Shown: piece by piece, positions 1 through 15,348 of the stretch
How positions within the stretch are numbered: the first letter of the stretch is position 1
Layout: every line of letters begins with the position of its first letter
NCBI RefSeq assembly: GCF_009914755.1
Contig: NC_060927.1
Direction: 5' to 3' (one strand)
Origin: the human T2T-CHM13v2.0 reference genome, Homo sapiens
DNA: 64,000 bases
Program-made: the position numbers and the translations under genes
Notes under the pieces: generated by a model
Told to the model about the DNA's origin: nothing
Seen by the model: only the letters and a program-made list of their open reading frames with translations
Database searches by the model: none

Positions 1-1914
1 GATGTGTGCCCCAATAATAAAGGTTTATTTAATTCTTCCTATGATTATTTTATGTAATCACATTTATTAAGCACTTTCTTGGTAGAGAAAAGAAACGTAG
101 AGGTGGAAATTTGTCTCTGTGTCAGGTTATTCAAAAGTGGGCAGGGCCCCAGTATATTGGTAGGAGGGTGAAGAAACTTGGATAATAGCAGGAGGATGAT
201 CAGTAGATGTGGCAAAAAGTAGGATAAGGCTGCATTGGGAACCAGGGTCCAGGGCAGAACTCCAGGCCAGAAAATGAGATGGAATTAAGGGGGGACCAAA
301 AAGGAAACTAGTAACTGGATAGAAAAGGTTCTCAGCGATTGTAACAGTAATAGAAGTTGATGATTTTCTTATGAAGAATAAGACACAAAATTAAAAGAAG
401 TACATGTACTAATAGGCAGCAGGGCAGAAGGCTCAGCCTTCAATTACTTTGATTTATGTCATCTCTTGATAGTAATCAGATTAAGCTTTGAGCCTGCAGG
501 TGAGCATTAAATGATCAGTTTACAATACTGGGGGTCTTGGAGTAAAATTGGGTAGAACAATAGACCGTGAACACTTTGCAGCTTTTGACATTCGTGCTGC
601 ATATATTTCTCTATTTCAAAACAGGATACTACATGTGTTTTTTAGGACCCAGATCACTTTTCATTTTGAAAATATGATGCTCATATTTTTTCACATTTTA
701 ATGAGAAGACAAGCTGTTATAAATTTAGACAAAACTTGTAGATTAATTAAAGTCATTCCAATCATAGCAAAATCATGACCTATTAACATCAGAGCATTTT
801 TTATTTTCTTAAGTCTTCAACTAGAAACATTCAGAATCCACAAAACTCAAAGTCAATTTTGGAGTTGTTTCACATTTTCCAAAGTAGCAGTAAATATTTC
901 CTCCCTTCAAATTGACTAGTTTTACATATTAGTACATACAAGATAGGACAAAAATCTTAGAAAAGTCTATTTACTCCTAAGCAATATCTAGTTATCAGTT
1001 AAGGTCTACATTCAAAAAACGTTTGAACAAACACATTCTGGTCACATAATAAGTGAATTATAATCTTTATTTTAACTCAAGTTTATAATGTAATAGTCAA
1101 CTCATTTCTTTTTATAAAGGTATTCTTCATATATCAAGGCTTTCACAGTTTCCAGAGCCATACAAATGTACACAGGTGTTTTATTTGGTGACATACAGTT
1201 TAGGCGAGCACTTCGTCAGAGGTCCTGAGTTCAAAAGACTTGTAATTTTTCCTATTATTTTTCACGAGCTAAAGCTATTTTCCCAGAACTACTTAGTTGT
1301 TCAACTACTCAGCCTCTCAATGCTCACAGCCTTGACTTTTTTCTCTTTTTTCGTAACTCCAATAACTTAAAGTATTGCGCAAATGAGTAATTGTTAAGCC
1401 ACATACATTTGATTCTAGCTATTAAAATGAATGACATACAGTCTCACTCTTATCTGACTAAAAAGCACTCTTTTCATCTTGCAAAGAGAAAATATCTTTG
1501 TGTTACTTGACAATTCGTATGAGAGCCCTGTTTTAATAGAAGCACAAGACACATCCTTCCAGGTGTACATGCCTTTTTTAGAAATGATCAAATATAGTCA
1601 GCTATTAAATAGAAAATCAGCTCAAAGTTTTACAACTGTGCCTTTTAACATAAATGGCTTGAGCCTTTTACCCTTGCTGTTTGCTGTTCCTGAAAGGAGT
1701 CTGTACTTTTCATGGCTGGGCTCCTCCGTGTTATTCATGTCATAGAGACACACACAGACACACACATGTACACACAAAAAAATTGCTTCTCAGGTCCTAA
1801 TCTGACTACCAAGTTTATATTATATAATCTTTTTCTATTTTCTACAATCCATTGAAATTGTCTCACACTTGCATTTATTTGTTCATACTTTATTTTTTCT
1901 CTCTACTACTACTT

Positions 1915-2025
1915 CCCATCATAGGAACAAGGGCTTTAGTTGTTCTTGTTCACCACAAGTTTGCCAACCATCTTCCAGAGCACCAGGCACCTTAGAGACA
2001 CTTAATATTTATTGAATAAATGTGA
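1915..2025 (+). mobile_element. L2 3' end fragment
   Basis: gagcaccaggcaccttagagacacttaatatttattgaataaatg resembles the L2 3' terminus (cctggcacatagtaggcgctcaataaatatttgttgaatgaatg). Confidence 0.55.
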
Positions 2026-2049
2026 ATAAGGCTATATTATCCAATTGTA

Positions 2050-2140
2050 TGAGTTTCAGTTTCCTCAGCTGGAAAATGGTGGTAAAGAAAAGGTCCTATC
2101 ACATGATGGTTGTGAGGATTTAACAAGATATTACATCCAG
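2050..2140 (+). mobile_element. MIR core fragment
   Basis: tttcagtttcctcagctggaaaatgg...atggttgtgaggatttaacaagata matches the MIR core. Confidence 0.7.
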
Positions 2141-2189
2141 GAAAAATGTTATTTGTCATTAATGATACATGTTGCAGAGTGAATGTTCA

Positions 2190-2420
2190 AGTGATTGTTC
2201 TCAGTGCACATGTAGAACTAGTTGCTCTCCACACAGTCATCGTTAAACACTGTCCAGGAACGTTGTTTTTGAACGTGGGGGGGTCTATAGACTACATATC
2301 AGAATCACCCTAGCTACTTTTCTCCATCTATGATTCAGTCTAAGAATGAAGAAAAGGAACTGTGTCTTTTTAAACAAGACCACTGGGCTACTTTATGTGC
2401 AGTAGAGTTTGAGAACCACT
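2190..2420. mobile_element. MER5-like hAT-Charlie DNA transposon
   Basis: atcagaatcacc, tgattcagt and terminal gtttgagaaccact typical of MER5A/B. Confidence 0.55.
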
Positions 2421-2591
2421 ATCCTATATACCTTGATACCTGGACTAATGAATCTTCTAGGAATAGATTCTTTTGTAATACATTCAATCCTGTTAAATGG
2501 GAAAAAAACATCAATCATGAGCTTTGAGGTTTGTACCTATTCATGAAACTTCTCTTTGTTCCCACCCAGGTGACAGTAAATCTGTGTAACT

Positions 2592-3747
2592 ATTTTTTTT
2601 TCACTGTACCTATTTATTTATTTATTTTATTATACTTTAATTTCTAGGGTACATGTGCACAATGTGCAGGTTTGCTACATATGTATACATATGCCATGTT
2701 GGTGTGCTGCACCCGTTAACTTGTCATTTACATTAGGCATATCTCCTAATGCTATCCCTCCCCCCGCCCCCACCCCACAACAGTTCCCAGTGTGTGGTGT
2801 TCCCCTTCCTATGTCCAAGTGTTCTCATTGTTCAATTCCCACCTATGAGTGAGAACATGCGGTGTTTGTTTTTTTGTCCTTGGGATAGTTTGCTGAGAAT
2901 GATGGTTTCCAGCTTCATCCATATCCCTACAAAGGACATGAACTCATCTTTTTTATGGCTGCATAGTATTCCATGGTGTGTATGTGCCACATTTGCTTAA
3001 TCCAGTCTATCGTTGATGGACATTCGGGTTGGTTCCAAGTCTTTGCTATTGTGAATAGTGCCGCAATAAACATACGTGTGCATGTGTCTTTATAGCAGCA
3101 TGATTTATAATCCTTTGGGTATATACCCAGTAATGGGATGGCTGGGTCAAATGGCATTTCTAGTTCTGGATCCTTGAGGAATCGCCACACTGTCTCCCAC
3201 AGTGGTTGAACTAGTTTACAGTCCCACCAACAAAAGAGTCCGCATTGCCAAGTCAATCCTAAGCCAAAAGAACAAAACTGGAGGCATCACGCTACCTGAC
3301 TTCAAACTATACTACAAGGCTACAGTAACCAAAACAACTTGGTACTGGCACCAAAACAGAGATATAGACCAATGGAACAGAACAGAGTCCTCAGAAGTAA
3401 TACCACACATCTACAGCCATCTGATCTTTGACAAACCTGACAAAAACAAGAAATGGGGAAAGGATTCCCTATTTAATAAATGGTGCTGGGAAAACTGGCT
3501 AGCCATATGTAGAAAGCTGAAACTGGATCCTTCCCTTACACCTTATACAAAAATTAATTCAAGATGGATTAAAGACTTAAATGTTAGACCTAAAACCATA
3601 AAAAAACCCTAGAAGAAAACCTAGGCAATATCATTCAGGACATAGGCATGGGCAAGGACTTCATGACTAAAACACCAAAAGCAACGGCAACAAAAGCCAA
3701 AATTGACAAATGGGAACTAATTAAACTAAAGAGCTTCTGCACAGCAA
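2592..3747 (-). mobile_element. Young L1PA (about PA3-5), 5'-truncated, with twin-priming inversion
   Basis: Antisense 3'UTR/ORF2 end about 2620-3232 joined to sense ORF2 about 3231-3748 (ORF 3202..3612 reads [19 protein letters not shown]); TSD aaatctgtgtaact at 2578-2591 and 3748-3761. Confidence 0.95.
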
Positions 3748-6112
3748 AAATCTGTGTAACTCTTTAAACGATGTTGAAATCTTTGAAAATTACTTATTTT
3801 GAAACTACCATTTCTGTAGCTTTTTCATTGCTTATTCTTGCCTTAAACAGCAAACTTTTTCTCTGTTCAAACCCAGAATGATTTCTACCTTCTTTAAGGC
3901 TTTCTCCATATTAAAATAGTAACAAACAAAACAAAACAAAAATTCTCCTGTTCGTCTTTACACTTGACATTTTTTATTATTCTTTAACAAAAATAAGCAT
4001 AAGAGTTAACATAGAAACATTATGCCTTTTATCTTTAATAATAACATAAATAAATAAATAAGTTTTTTTTCCAAAGAAAAAGAACCACGGTCAAGAACAT
4101 ATTGACAGACAAATAATTTGTTATGTGGAGGATGGATGTGGAGCGATCTCATGCAATCAAATCAAGACTAATCCTTAGACAAATGAAATTTAACTTTTTT
4201 TAAGAGAATCTGGAAGACATTAGATTCTGTAAAAGAAAGAAATATATAGTTAAGAGTTAGAGGGCATGTAATATAAATGGTGATGGTCTCAAAAAGGAGA
4301 AACTATTTGTATTAAAGGCATCTGCATCATTTATTTCACAGCTAAACTTACTCTGTCACCTTACCCTGCCCAAAGAACATTTGTGCAAAATTTTGGAAAT
4401 ATATTTGTCTTTTTCCCTCCTTTTTAACAATATTTCAGTAATATATACACAACCCACCTAAATTTCACTTTCTAGAACACATCTCTAAGCCTTTTTTATT
4501 ACCTATGATCATTCCCTTTCTTGGGGTGGGAATATCACTGAAATGCTGAAATTCGTGAGCCTTATTAATGGAGTTCCAACTAAAGATGAAGTCACCACAC
4601 TGCGTAGTGTCTTCGCTACCACGTAGCAAGGCCCATCTAAGGTCTTTTGTGTTTTACTGGAGCTCAGTGACAATTTTATTTCTGAGAAAAAATCAAGAAA
4701 TAGTTATTATTAACATCAATTGTAATATATTAATATTACTCAGAGCTTATAATACATCAATAAATATAGCTAAATTTTATACTTAATAAGGACTGGGTAT
4801 GCAAATACTATACAGCTTTGTGTCATATGCATCTTCTTGTATGTCTTACTTCTGGTGCATTTGATGCATAAAAATCATGTTTATTATTATGCATAAAATC
4901 ATTATGTGATATATATTTTGAATTTTATACTTTTTAAAGTGCCCTATGTTAATAATTTATTAACCTTATTATTACAAACCCTGTTTAGTAACAAGAAAAT
5001 GTAATTTTCTACCAAGAGCATAGATCTGGGACACTAATTTAGACTTGCAGTTCCAAATTCAGGTTTGTTGTTTTTTGTTTTTCTCATTTTACTCTGTCTC
5101 TAGTTGTTGGTTTGGTATTTCACTTAATTGGCAACATATGACTTGTTTTTGCTAATGTTTATTTTTTTGAAGAACATTTTCTTTTAATGTACAACTCTAA
5201 TTATATAAGTTAAATAAGAGATATAAAGTACTGGTTTCCTTTTCTATATGATGAAAGAGCTATTTTTTTTTCTTTTACCTATACTGCATGTATTTATAGT
5301 TTTAGTTTTTTTTAAAAAAATTTGTTGCTCTTTCTCATTCCCTAAATTGAATATTATCATGGAAGATTGACCATAAACTATACATGAATGAAATCTCAAT
5401 ATCTTAGCAGGCTAATGAAACAATAACTTAATTTCCTCTGGAATAATTATTATATTACTTAACATGTTACTTAGAAACATATTCTCAGATTACACATATA
5501 CTTATGCAATGTTTTTCTAAGTATTTCAAGTTGTATAACATAATTGTCAAACTATGTTAAATTGTCATTATGAGTTACATAATTGGGAATTATAATTTTT
5601 GCATAGAAATGTGAGACTATCATAAAAGAAATTTAATTTAGGCTAAAACATTCATCTGTTTTCCCATAAGATAGACTCAATAAATATGTTATGTTTTTAA
5701 TTTGTTTGTGGTAATCAACAACTAAATTTGAGTAATAACAACAGAAATCAGTTTTTTTTAAAGACTAATGTTTTCAGTCTCAGCAATAGCATGGATATGT
5801 GAAGGTGATTTATGTAACAGCACTGCTTAGGTAATGTACAACCAGGAGTTACAAAGTAAACATGTTTCTCTGGCCACAGAAAAAAAAAACACAATCCATA
5901 TTCACCTATGTTCTACTTAGGAGAGGTCTTTCCTGTTTTCTGCCTGGATTTCTCTCAGTTCTATGCTCTGGGATGGTAGATGGTTCTTCCAGTTTCAGAA
6001 ATAGATTTCCCCATTAAGTTAAAGTTTGTTATATCTTTTGTTTTTATTTATGCTGTATGATATCATTAATTACAGATCATAAATTATATTGTTAGTTTTC
6101 CTCATTGATGCA

Positions 6113-6116
<4 letters not shown>

Positions 6117-6154
<38 letters not shown>

Positions 6155-6170
6155 TGTGTGTCTGTGTGTA
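6117..6170. repeat. (TG)n microsatellite
   Basis: Direct reading of the TG run with a few TC interruptions. Confidence 0.95.
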
Positions 6171-6224
6171 TGTTGGGAAGACATGCTGGAATACTCTGGT
6201 TTAACCTTGTTATCCTCGAGAAAT

Positions 6225-6288
6225 CCAGAAGCCTTTTTCTCATTCTCCCTTGAGCCCAAACCAGTCAGGCTTTTGGTATGATTACTTT
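6225..6288 (+). mobile_element. L2 fragment, continuing at about 12427-12490 after the L1 insertion
   Basis: ttgagcccaaaccagtcaggctttt then ccactttagaaatattctcttgtcaa...catccagtg resembles contiguous L2 consensus; degenerate TSD tgattacttt/tgaccacttt. Confidence 0.5.
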
Positions 6289-6997
6289 GTTTTTATTATT
6301 TTTCAAAATATTATTTTGGATTTAGGGAGTACATGTAATGATTTGTTACACTGATATTACATGCATAATGGTGAGGATTGGGCTTCTAGTAGACCCATAA
6401 CTAAAATATCTAACATTATACTCAATATGTAATTTGTCAACCCTCCCCCTCCCCCACCCTCTCCCTTTGTGGAGCCACCAATGTTCATTATCTTCATTTT
6501 ATGTACATGCGTACTCCTTGTTTAGCTTCCACTTGTAAGTGAGAACATACGATATTTTATTTTCTGCTTCTGAGTTAGTTCATGTAGGATAATGGCCTCC
6601 AGCTCCATCCACGTTGCTGCAAAGAAAATGATTTTATTCACTTTTATGGCTGCATAGTATTCCATAGTGTATATATACAATATTTTCTTTAGACAGTCAG
6701 CCTTTTGTGGATACTAAGTTGATTCCATGAGAAATTTGCAATTGTGAATAATGCTGTGATAAACATATGAATGCAGGTATCTTAAATATAATGATTTCCT
6801 TTCCTTTAGGTAGATATCCAGTAGTGGGATTGCTGGGTCAAATGGTAGTTCTATTTTTACTTCTTTGAGATATCTCTATACTGTTTTCCATAGAGGTTGA
6901 ACTAATTTACACATCCACCAACTTGTATAAGCATGTCCTTTTCTCTGCTTTCACACCAACACCTGCTGTTTTTTAACTTTCTATTAAAAGCCATCTG

Positions 6998-7300
6998 GGC
7001 TGGTTGCAGTGGCTGAAACCTGTAATCCCAACACTTTGGGAGGTCAAGGCAGGAGAATCCTTGAGCCCTGGAGCTCGAGACCAGCCTGGAGAACACAGTG
7101 AGAATCTGCTTCTACAAAAGAAAAATATACAAAATTAGCTGGGCATGGTTGTACACACCTGTAGTTCTAGCTACTTGAGAGGCTTAGGTGGGAGGATCAC
7201 TTGAACCTGGGAGGCTGCAGTGAGCCATGATCATCCCATTGCACTCCAGCATGGGCAACAGAGTTATACCCTGTCTCAATAATACATATAATAATAAAAT
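6998..7300 (+). mobile_element. AluJ
   Basis: ggctggttgcagtggct...ccttgagccctggag...ggaggatcacttgaacc...gccatgatcat; A-rich tail; degenerate TSD aaagccatctg/atagtcatcctg. Confidence 0.9.
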
Positions 7301-7471
7301 AGTCATCCTGTCTGGTATAAAATGATATCTCCTTGTGATTTTAATTTTCATTTCTCTGATGATTAGTGATGTTGAGCATTTTTATCATATATTTGTTGGC
7401 CATTTGTATTTCTTCTTTTGAGAAATGTCTGTTTATGTCTTTTGCCCAGTTTTTAATGGGGTTGTTTGTTT

Positions 7472-9793
<2,322 letters not shown>

Positions 9794-10293
9794 TTATGGA
9801 TATTAATCCTTTTCTGGAGGCATAGTTTGCAAATATTTTCTCCCATTCTGTGGGTTGTCTGTTTATACTGTTGATTCTTTTGCTGTGCAGAAGCTTTTTC
9901 AATTAATTAAGTCCCATTAACTTATTTTTGTTTTTGTTGCAATTGCTTTTGAGGTCATCATAAAGTGGCATAGGCCAATGACCAATATAGTCTTCCCTAG
10001 GTTTTAGTCTAGGATTTTCATCCTCAGACAAATGAAATTTCACATTTTCCTTTTAGGTCTTTAATCCTTCTTGAGTTAATTTTCATATAGTGAGAGACAG
10101 GGGTCCAATTTCATTCTGTTACAAATGGTTACTCAGTATTCCCAGAACTATTTCTTGATTAGGGTATTCTTTCTTTGTTGTTTATTTTCAGTTACTTTAT
10201 AAAAGATCAGGTTGGTTGTAGGTATGTGTTTTTATTTCTGAGTTCTATATTCAGTTTTATTTATGTATGTGTCCATTTTTGTACGAGTACCAT

Positions 10294-10656
10294 CCTATTA
10301 GCCTTTTCTTGTGTTGCTACAAATAAATACCTGAGACTGCCTAATTTATAAAGTAATGTGGTTTATTTTGGGTCAGAGTTCTGCAGGCCATAAAGGAAGC
10401 ATGGTACTGGCATCTGCTTCTTCTGAGTGTGTCAGGAAGCCTATAATCATAGTGAAAAGTGAAGAGGGGCAGGTGTATAACATGGGAAGGGAAGGAGCAA
10501 AAGAAATGCCTGTGTCTTTAAAAATAAAAATAAAAACAAAATCAGCTTTCACATGAACTCATGGTGAGAACTCACTTCCCACTAGGTCCTACTACCAACA
10601 TTCTGGAACACATTTCAACATGAGATTTGGAAAGAACACACATCCAAACCATATCA
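10294..10656 (-). mobile_element. MSTA/MSTB MaLR solo LTR
   Basis: ctattag...aaatacctgagactg...atttcaacatgagatttgg...catccaaaccatatca; 5-bp TSD accat at 10289-10293 and 10657-10661. Confidence 0.88.
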
Positions 10657-11764
10657 ACCATGCTGTTTTAGTTACTATATTCTTGTAATAACTTGGAGTC
10701 TTGCATATGATACTATAGCCTTGTATAATTTCAAGTCAGGGAGTGTGATATCCCTGGATTTGTTCTTTTCGTTTCAGAGTGCTATGACTATTCAAGCTCT
10801 TTTTATTTCTCCAGATAAAGTTTGGGATTGTTTTTTCTAATTCTGTGAAAAAATAGCATTGGTTATTTGATAAAAATTGTATTGAGTCTCTAGATTGCTT
10901 TCAGTAATATGATCATTTTAATGATATTGATTCTTCCTATCAATCAGCACAGTATGTTCCTCCATTTGTTTGTATCTTCTACAGTTTATTTCATCAGTGT
11001 TTTGTAGCTTTCTATGTAGAGATCTTTTACTTCCTTTGTTAAATGTATTCCTAGGTATTCTATTACTTGTGGCTATTGTAAATGGGATTTAGTTCTTAAT
11101 TTGTTACTCAGCTTAAACATTATTGGTGTATAGAAACGCTACTGATTTTTACGCATAGGTTTAGTATCTTGGAACTTCATGGAAGTCATTTGTCAATCTA
11201 GGAGTTTTCTGGAGGAGTCTTTCGGGTTTTCTACATATATGATCATGTCAGCAGTGAACAGAGATAATTTGATTTCCTATTTTCCAGTTTGGATGTCTTT
11301 TATTTCTTTTTACCTGGTTTCTCTGGTTAGTACTTCTAGTACTATGTTGAATGGGAATGATGAGAATGGATATCCTTATCTTGTTCCAGATATTAGGGAA
11401 AACACTTTCAACTTTTTCTCATTCATTATGACATTGGCTGTGGGTTTGTCATATATGGCTCTTATCATTTTGAGATATGTTTCTGTGTTGACTAATTTGT
11501 TGAGGGTTTTTATCATGAAGGAATGTTAGATTTCATAGAAAGCTTTATCTACATCTGTTGAGATGAGAATATGGCTTTTGTTTTTAGTTATCTTTATTTG
11601 GTGAATTATGTTTATTAATTTGCATATGTTGACCCATCCTTGCATCCCTGGAATAAAGCCTACTTGATTGTGATAAATTATCTTTTCGATGTACTGTTGG
11701 GTTAAGTCTGCTAGTATTTTGTTGAGTGTTTTTCATCCATGCTCATCAGGAATATTGGACTGTA

Positions 11765-11767
<3 letters not shown>

Positions 11768-11800
<33 letters not shown>
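11768..11800. repeat. (TG)n microsatellite inside L1
   Basis: Direct reading. Confidence 0.95.
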
Positions 11801-11801
<1 letters not shown>

Positions 11802-12157
11802 TTTGTTTAATTTTAGTATCAAGGTAACGATGGATTCATAGAATGAGTTACAGAAAGATCTCTCCTAATCAATTTTTTTGGAATAGTTTCAGTAAGATTG
11901 CTATCAGCTTTTCATTGTGTGTCTGGTAAAATTTGGCTGTAAATTTGTCTGGTCCTGAGTTTTTTTGTTGGAAGATTTTGTATTACTAATTCAATTTTGT
12001 TACTCATTATTAGTCTGTTCAGGATTTCTATTTTCTCCTAGTTCAATCTTGGGGGGTTTCATTAATATGTTCCCAGGAATTTATCCATTTCCTCTAGGTT
12101 TTCTAGTTTATGCATATAGATATGTTCATAATGGATTCTGATGATCTTTTGCATTTC

Positions 12158-12237
12158 TATGGTATGGTATGATATGCTATGGTATGGTATGGTATGGTAT
12201 GGTATGGTATGGTATGGTATGGTATGTGGTATGGTAT
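12158..12237. repeat. (TATGG)n pentanucleotide repeat inside L1
   Basis: tatggtatggtatg... about 15 units with a few variants. Confidence 0.95.
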
Positions 12238-12494
12238 CAGTTGTAATATCATCTTTATCATTTCTGATTGTGCTTATTTGAATCTTCTCTCTTTTTTTTC
12301 TTGGTTAGTCTGGGTAGTAGTCTTTCAATTTTGTTCATCCTTTCAAAGAACCAACTTTTCATTTCATTCATCCTTTGTATCTTTTCTTAATCTCAATCTC
12401 ATTTAGTTCTGCTCTGATCTTTGTTCTGACCACTTTAGAAATATTCTCTTGTCAATAATACCTATCACTTTCAAATTTCCACATCCAGTGAAAA

Positions 12495-13276
12495 CTTCTA
12501 ACCATGAATTCTGTACAGGGTAAAACTATCTTTTAGGAATTAAGGAAAAATATAGGAATTCTCAGGTAAAGGAAAACTAATTATTTGAAGAAAACCTCTT
12601 AAAATTGGCTAAGGAAAATTTTTCAAATAGAAAGCAAATGATAAAATAAGGAATCTTGGACTATCAAATAGAAACAATGGAAAGAAGAATAAAAAGAATA
12701 GAAATATGGTACATGAAATAGACTATCTTGTTCTCCATGGGTTTTGTTCATCATATTCAATGACAGAAGCAAAAGTTTACCACCATCTAATAAGCAAGAT
12801 AATATTGTATAAATGTAAGGCAAAAAGGAAAATCAAATGGATGCTATAAGTCATGTTTGTAAATTATACATAAGCCATGTAACACCTCACATCACCACAT
12901 TAAAAATTCTACAAAGAGGTACACTCAAACCACTGTAAATAAATAAAAAAATCCTAAAAATATTCAAATAAACTGCAGGAAGACAAAACAAATAAAACAG
13001 AGAGATGGGAATCAGAGGAAATAGAAAACCCATAATAAGGTGGCAGAATTAGACATTAACATAACAATAATCACCTTAAATGTAAATGGTATGAGTACGT
13101 CAATCAGAAAACAGAAATTCAAAGGGTGGATTTTAAACAAAATCAAAAATGTATTTTGCTTACAAGAAACTCACTTCAAACTCAACGATAAAGGTAGATT
13201 GAAAGTAAAAGAATAAAAAAGATATATACATACAATCAATAAAATGTATTGGAGTGGCTACATTAATATCTAATAG
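12495..13276 (+). mobile_element. Ancient L1M fragment (ORF1 end, inter-ORF, ORF2 EN start)
   Basis: gaattctgtacagggtaaaactatcttt; ttaaatgtaaatggt...caagaaactcacttcaaa...gattgaaagtaaaag...ggagtggctacattaatatc. Confidence 0.7.
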
Positions 13277-13279
13277 ACA

Positions 13280-13700
13280 TTATAGCATTACCAGAAGGAG
13301 AAAAAAAATAAGTCAAAATGAGAAACTAGTTGAAACTATAATGAACAAAAATTTCCTAAATAAACAAAAATGATTAAAAATATTTGTTTGGAATATTTCA
13401 TAGAGTATCAAGGAGGACGGATGATGAAAATTCACACCTGGATGTGTTATAAAATTTAAAATCATGAACCAAAATAATATAATAATATTCTGTGTATCTC
13501 TGTGTTGTCATAGAATTTTAGAAAAATAAAACAAGGAGATAGTTGTAAAATCTTAAGGAGAAGAAAAACTGATCACCTAAAAATAAACAACAGTCAAATT
13601 ATAATCAGATTTTCCTCTAGGACTCTAATTGCAAGCAGGCAATGGAGTAATATTTTATAAGGGTTGAAATAAAACTACTGTGTCCTGGGCTCAGGGTAAA
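13280..13700 (+). mobile_element. Ancient L1M/HAL1 ORF1-like fragment
   Basis: ccagaaggagaaaaa...gaaactataatgaacaaaaatttcctaaat; aggcaatggagtaatatttt. Confidence 0.5.
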
Positions 13701-14709
13701 CAGCAACTACATTGCTTGTTGCTTGCTAAATCTCAGAGGCATAAGGGTAGCAGGTGCTTGTTTTTCTTATTTCCTAATAACTTGTGGATAACTTCCTAAT
13801 AACTTGATCCAAAGCTGAACTGAATGCACTAGATATCACCTTCTGTTATTATGCCTTTTTATGGCATAGATGCTTGACATGAGATGACAGTAATTTAAAG
13901 CAACAACTGGGAAAAGGGTTTCTCAATCTTTGCAGAGTTGCTGTGGAAAGAAGGCCATGAATCCCAAGGGAAATTGGGATTGAGTACAACTTCTACCCCT
14001 GTGGTGAAGGCACAGCCCAGGTACAAAGCCAGCTTCTGGCCAGGCAACATCAAAGATATCAGATAAGAAAGCTTGCTTGTTTCCACAAATATTATACACA
14101 ACAGAACTGCCACTTGAAGATAAAAGTGAAATATTAAACATTTCTGGGAAGCAATCTTATAGTATTTAGCAGAATTAAATATTTAAATTTTTGTATTCTC
14201 ATTAATCCACCAATACCATGCATTTCATATATATATCATAATTTGCCATAAACTGAGGTGTTTGAAAAAGTTGTTATGTGAAAACATCAGAACACCCTAA
14301 TCAATCAATTAAAACATTTGAATTTCTTTTAAATTAAGTAATAATTTCAATGTAGTTATTTTCAATTTCCAAATAAAACAAATTGCTATGGCCAAAATTT
14401 TACATTGCGGCTTTCTTATGAATTTAATCATCAACAAGGGAAGGTTTTTGTGTAAAAAACTACATTCAAATTAACAGTAATCATGCTTCATTTGATCAAA
14501 CATTGGAAAATTTTCTGAAAGGTTATGTTGAAATGGGACTGCTGATCTTGCTAATTATGTTTTCTCTAAATTTATTAGTTTCATAAACATTGCCTAAATA
14601 ATGTTAATCTTGTACCTGTTAAATTATACTTCTAATATTATTCAGATTAGTCTACCTCCTCTTTACTTTCTCACCTAATTATTAAGAAAATATGAGCATA
14701 TAAAGAAGG

Positions 14710-14900
14710 GAGATGGTGTAATGAAATAAAAATATCTTCTGAATTAGTAATACTTGGCTAAGGGTCCAGTATGTGTAATGTGTAATTTTGAATGTGTTTT
14801 ACCAGTTATCTCATGTCTGAAATGGGGATCATATGTAATTCAGAGAGTGATTACAAGGATTAACCAGAATAGGAGTCAACATACCTAATACAGTACACAG
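14710..14900 (+). mobile_element. MIR
   Basis: tctcatgtctgaaatggggatcat...cagagagtgattacaaggattaa. Confidence 0.6.
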
Positions 14901-15348
14901 CTAGCAAAGGACTCCTCTACTCTCCTCACAAATAGCATCATGATGCCAAGACAGTTACACATGATTCAGATTCATTTTTTGACATGAGTGTTAAAAAATG
15001 AAACTTTTTAAACAAACACTGTGAATTTGTATTAAAAATTATTAAGCTAAAATATTTGTTTTATAAATTGTATTATCAATTGATGGCTTAGTAAATTTTT
15101 GTTTTCCATGTAAACAGTACATAAATCTGTTTCATGAAATACAAGTCAGATAGATAGCTTTGGTTTTCTAATTTTGATTAATTTTCTTTTTTATGTTTTT
15201 TCCCCTTTTTTCCTTCCTTCCTCTTCTTCTTCCTTCTTTGTCCCCTTCTTTCTTCTGTTTTCTCTCATTTTTTCAGAAATATAAAGTAAGCCTGAAAATT
15301 CCCTTAATAACTATCTCTAAAATGTAAAACTTATAAGAAATTTGGGAT

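Noticed and set aside
3202-3612. Novel 136-aa chimeric protein
   Set aside because: Artefact of reading across the L1 inversion junction; GTG start and no promoter.
5760-5840. Possible small exon (tttcag ... tag/gtaatg)
   Set aside because: Weak pyrimidine tract and no coding or partner-exon support.
13783-13791. tgtggataa, a perfect bacterial DnaA box
   Set aside because: A single 9-mer is plausible by chance in 64 kb of AT-rich eukaryotic DNA.
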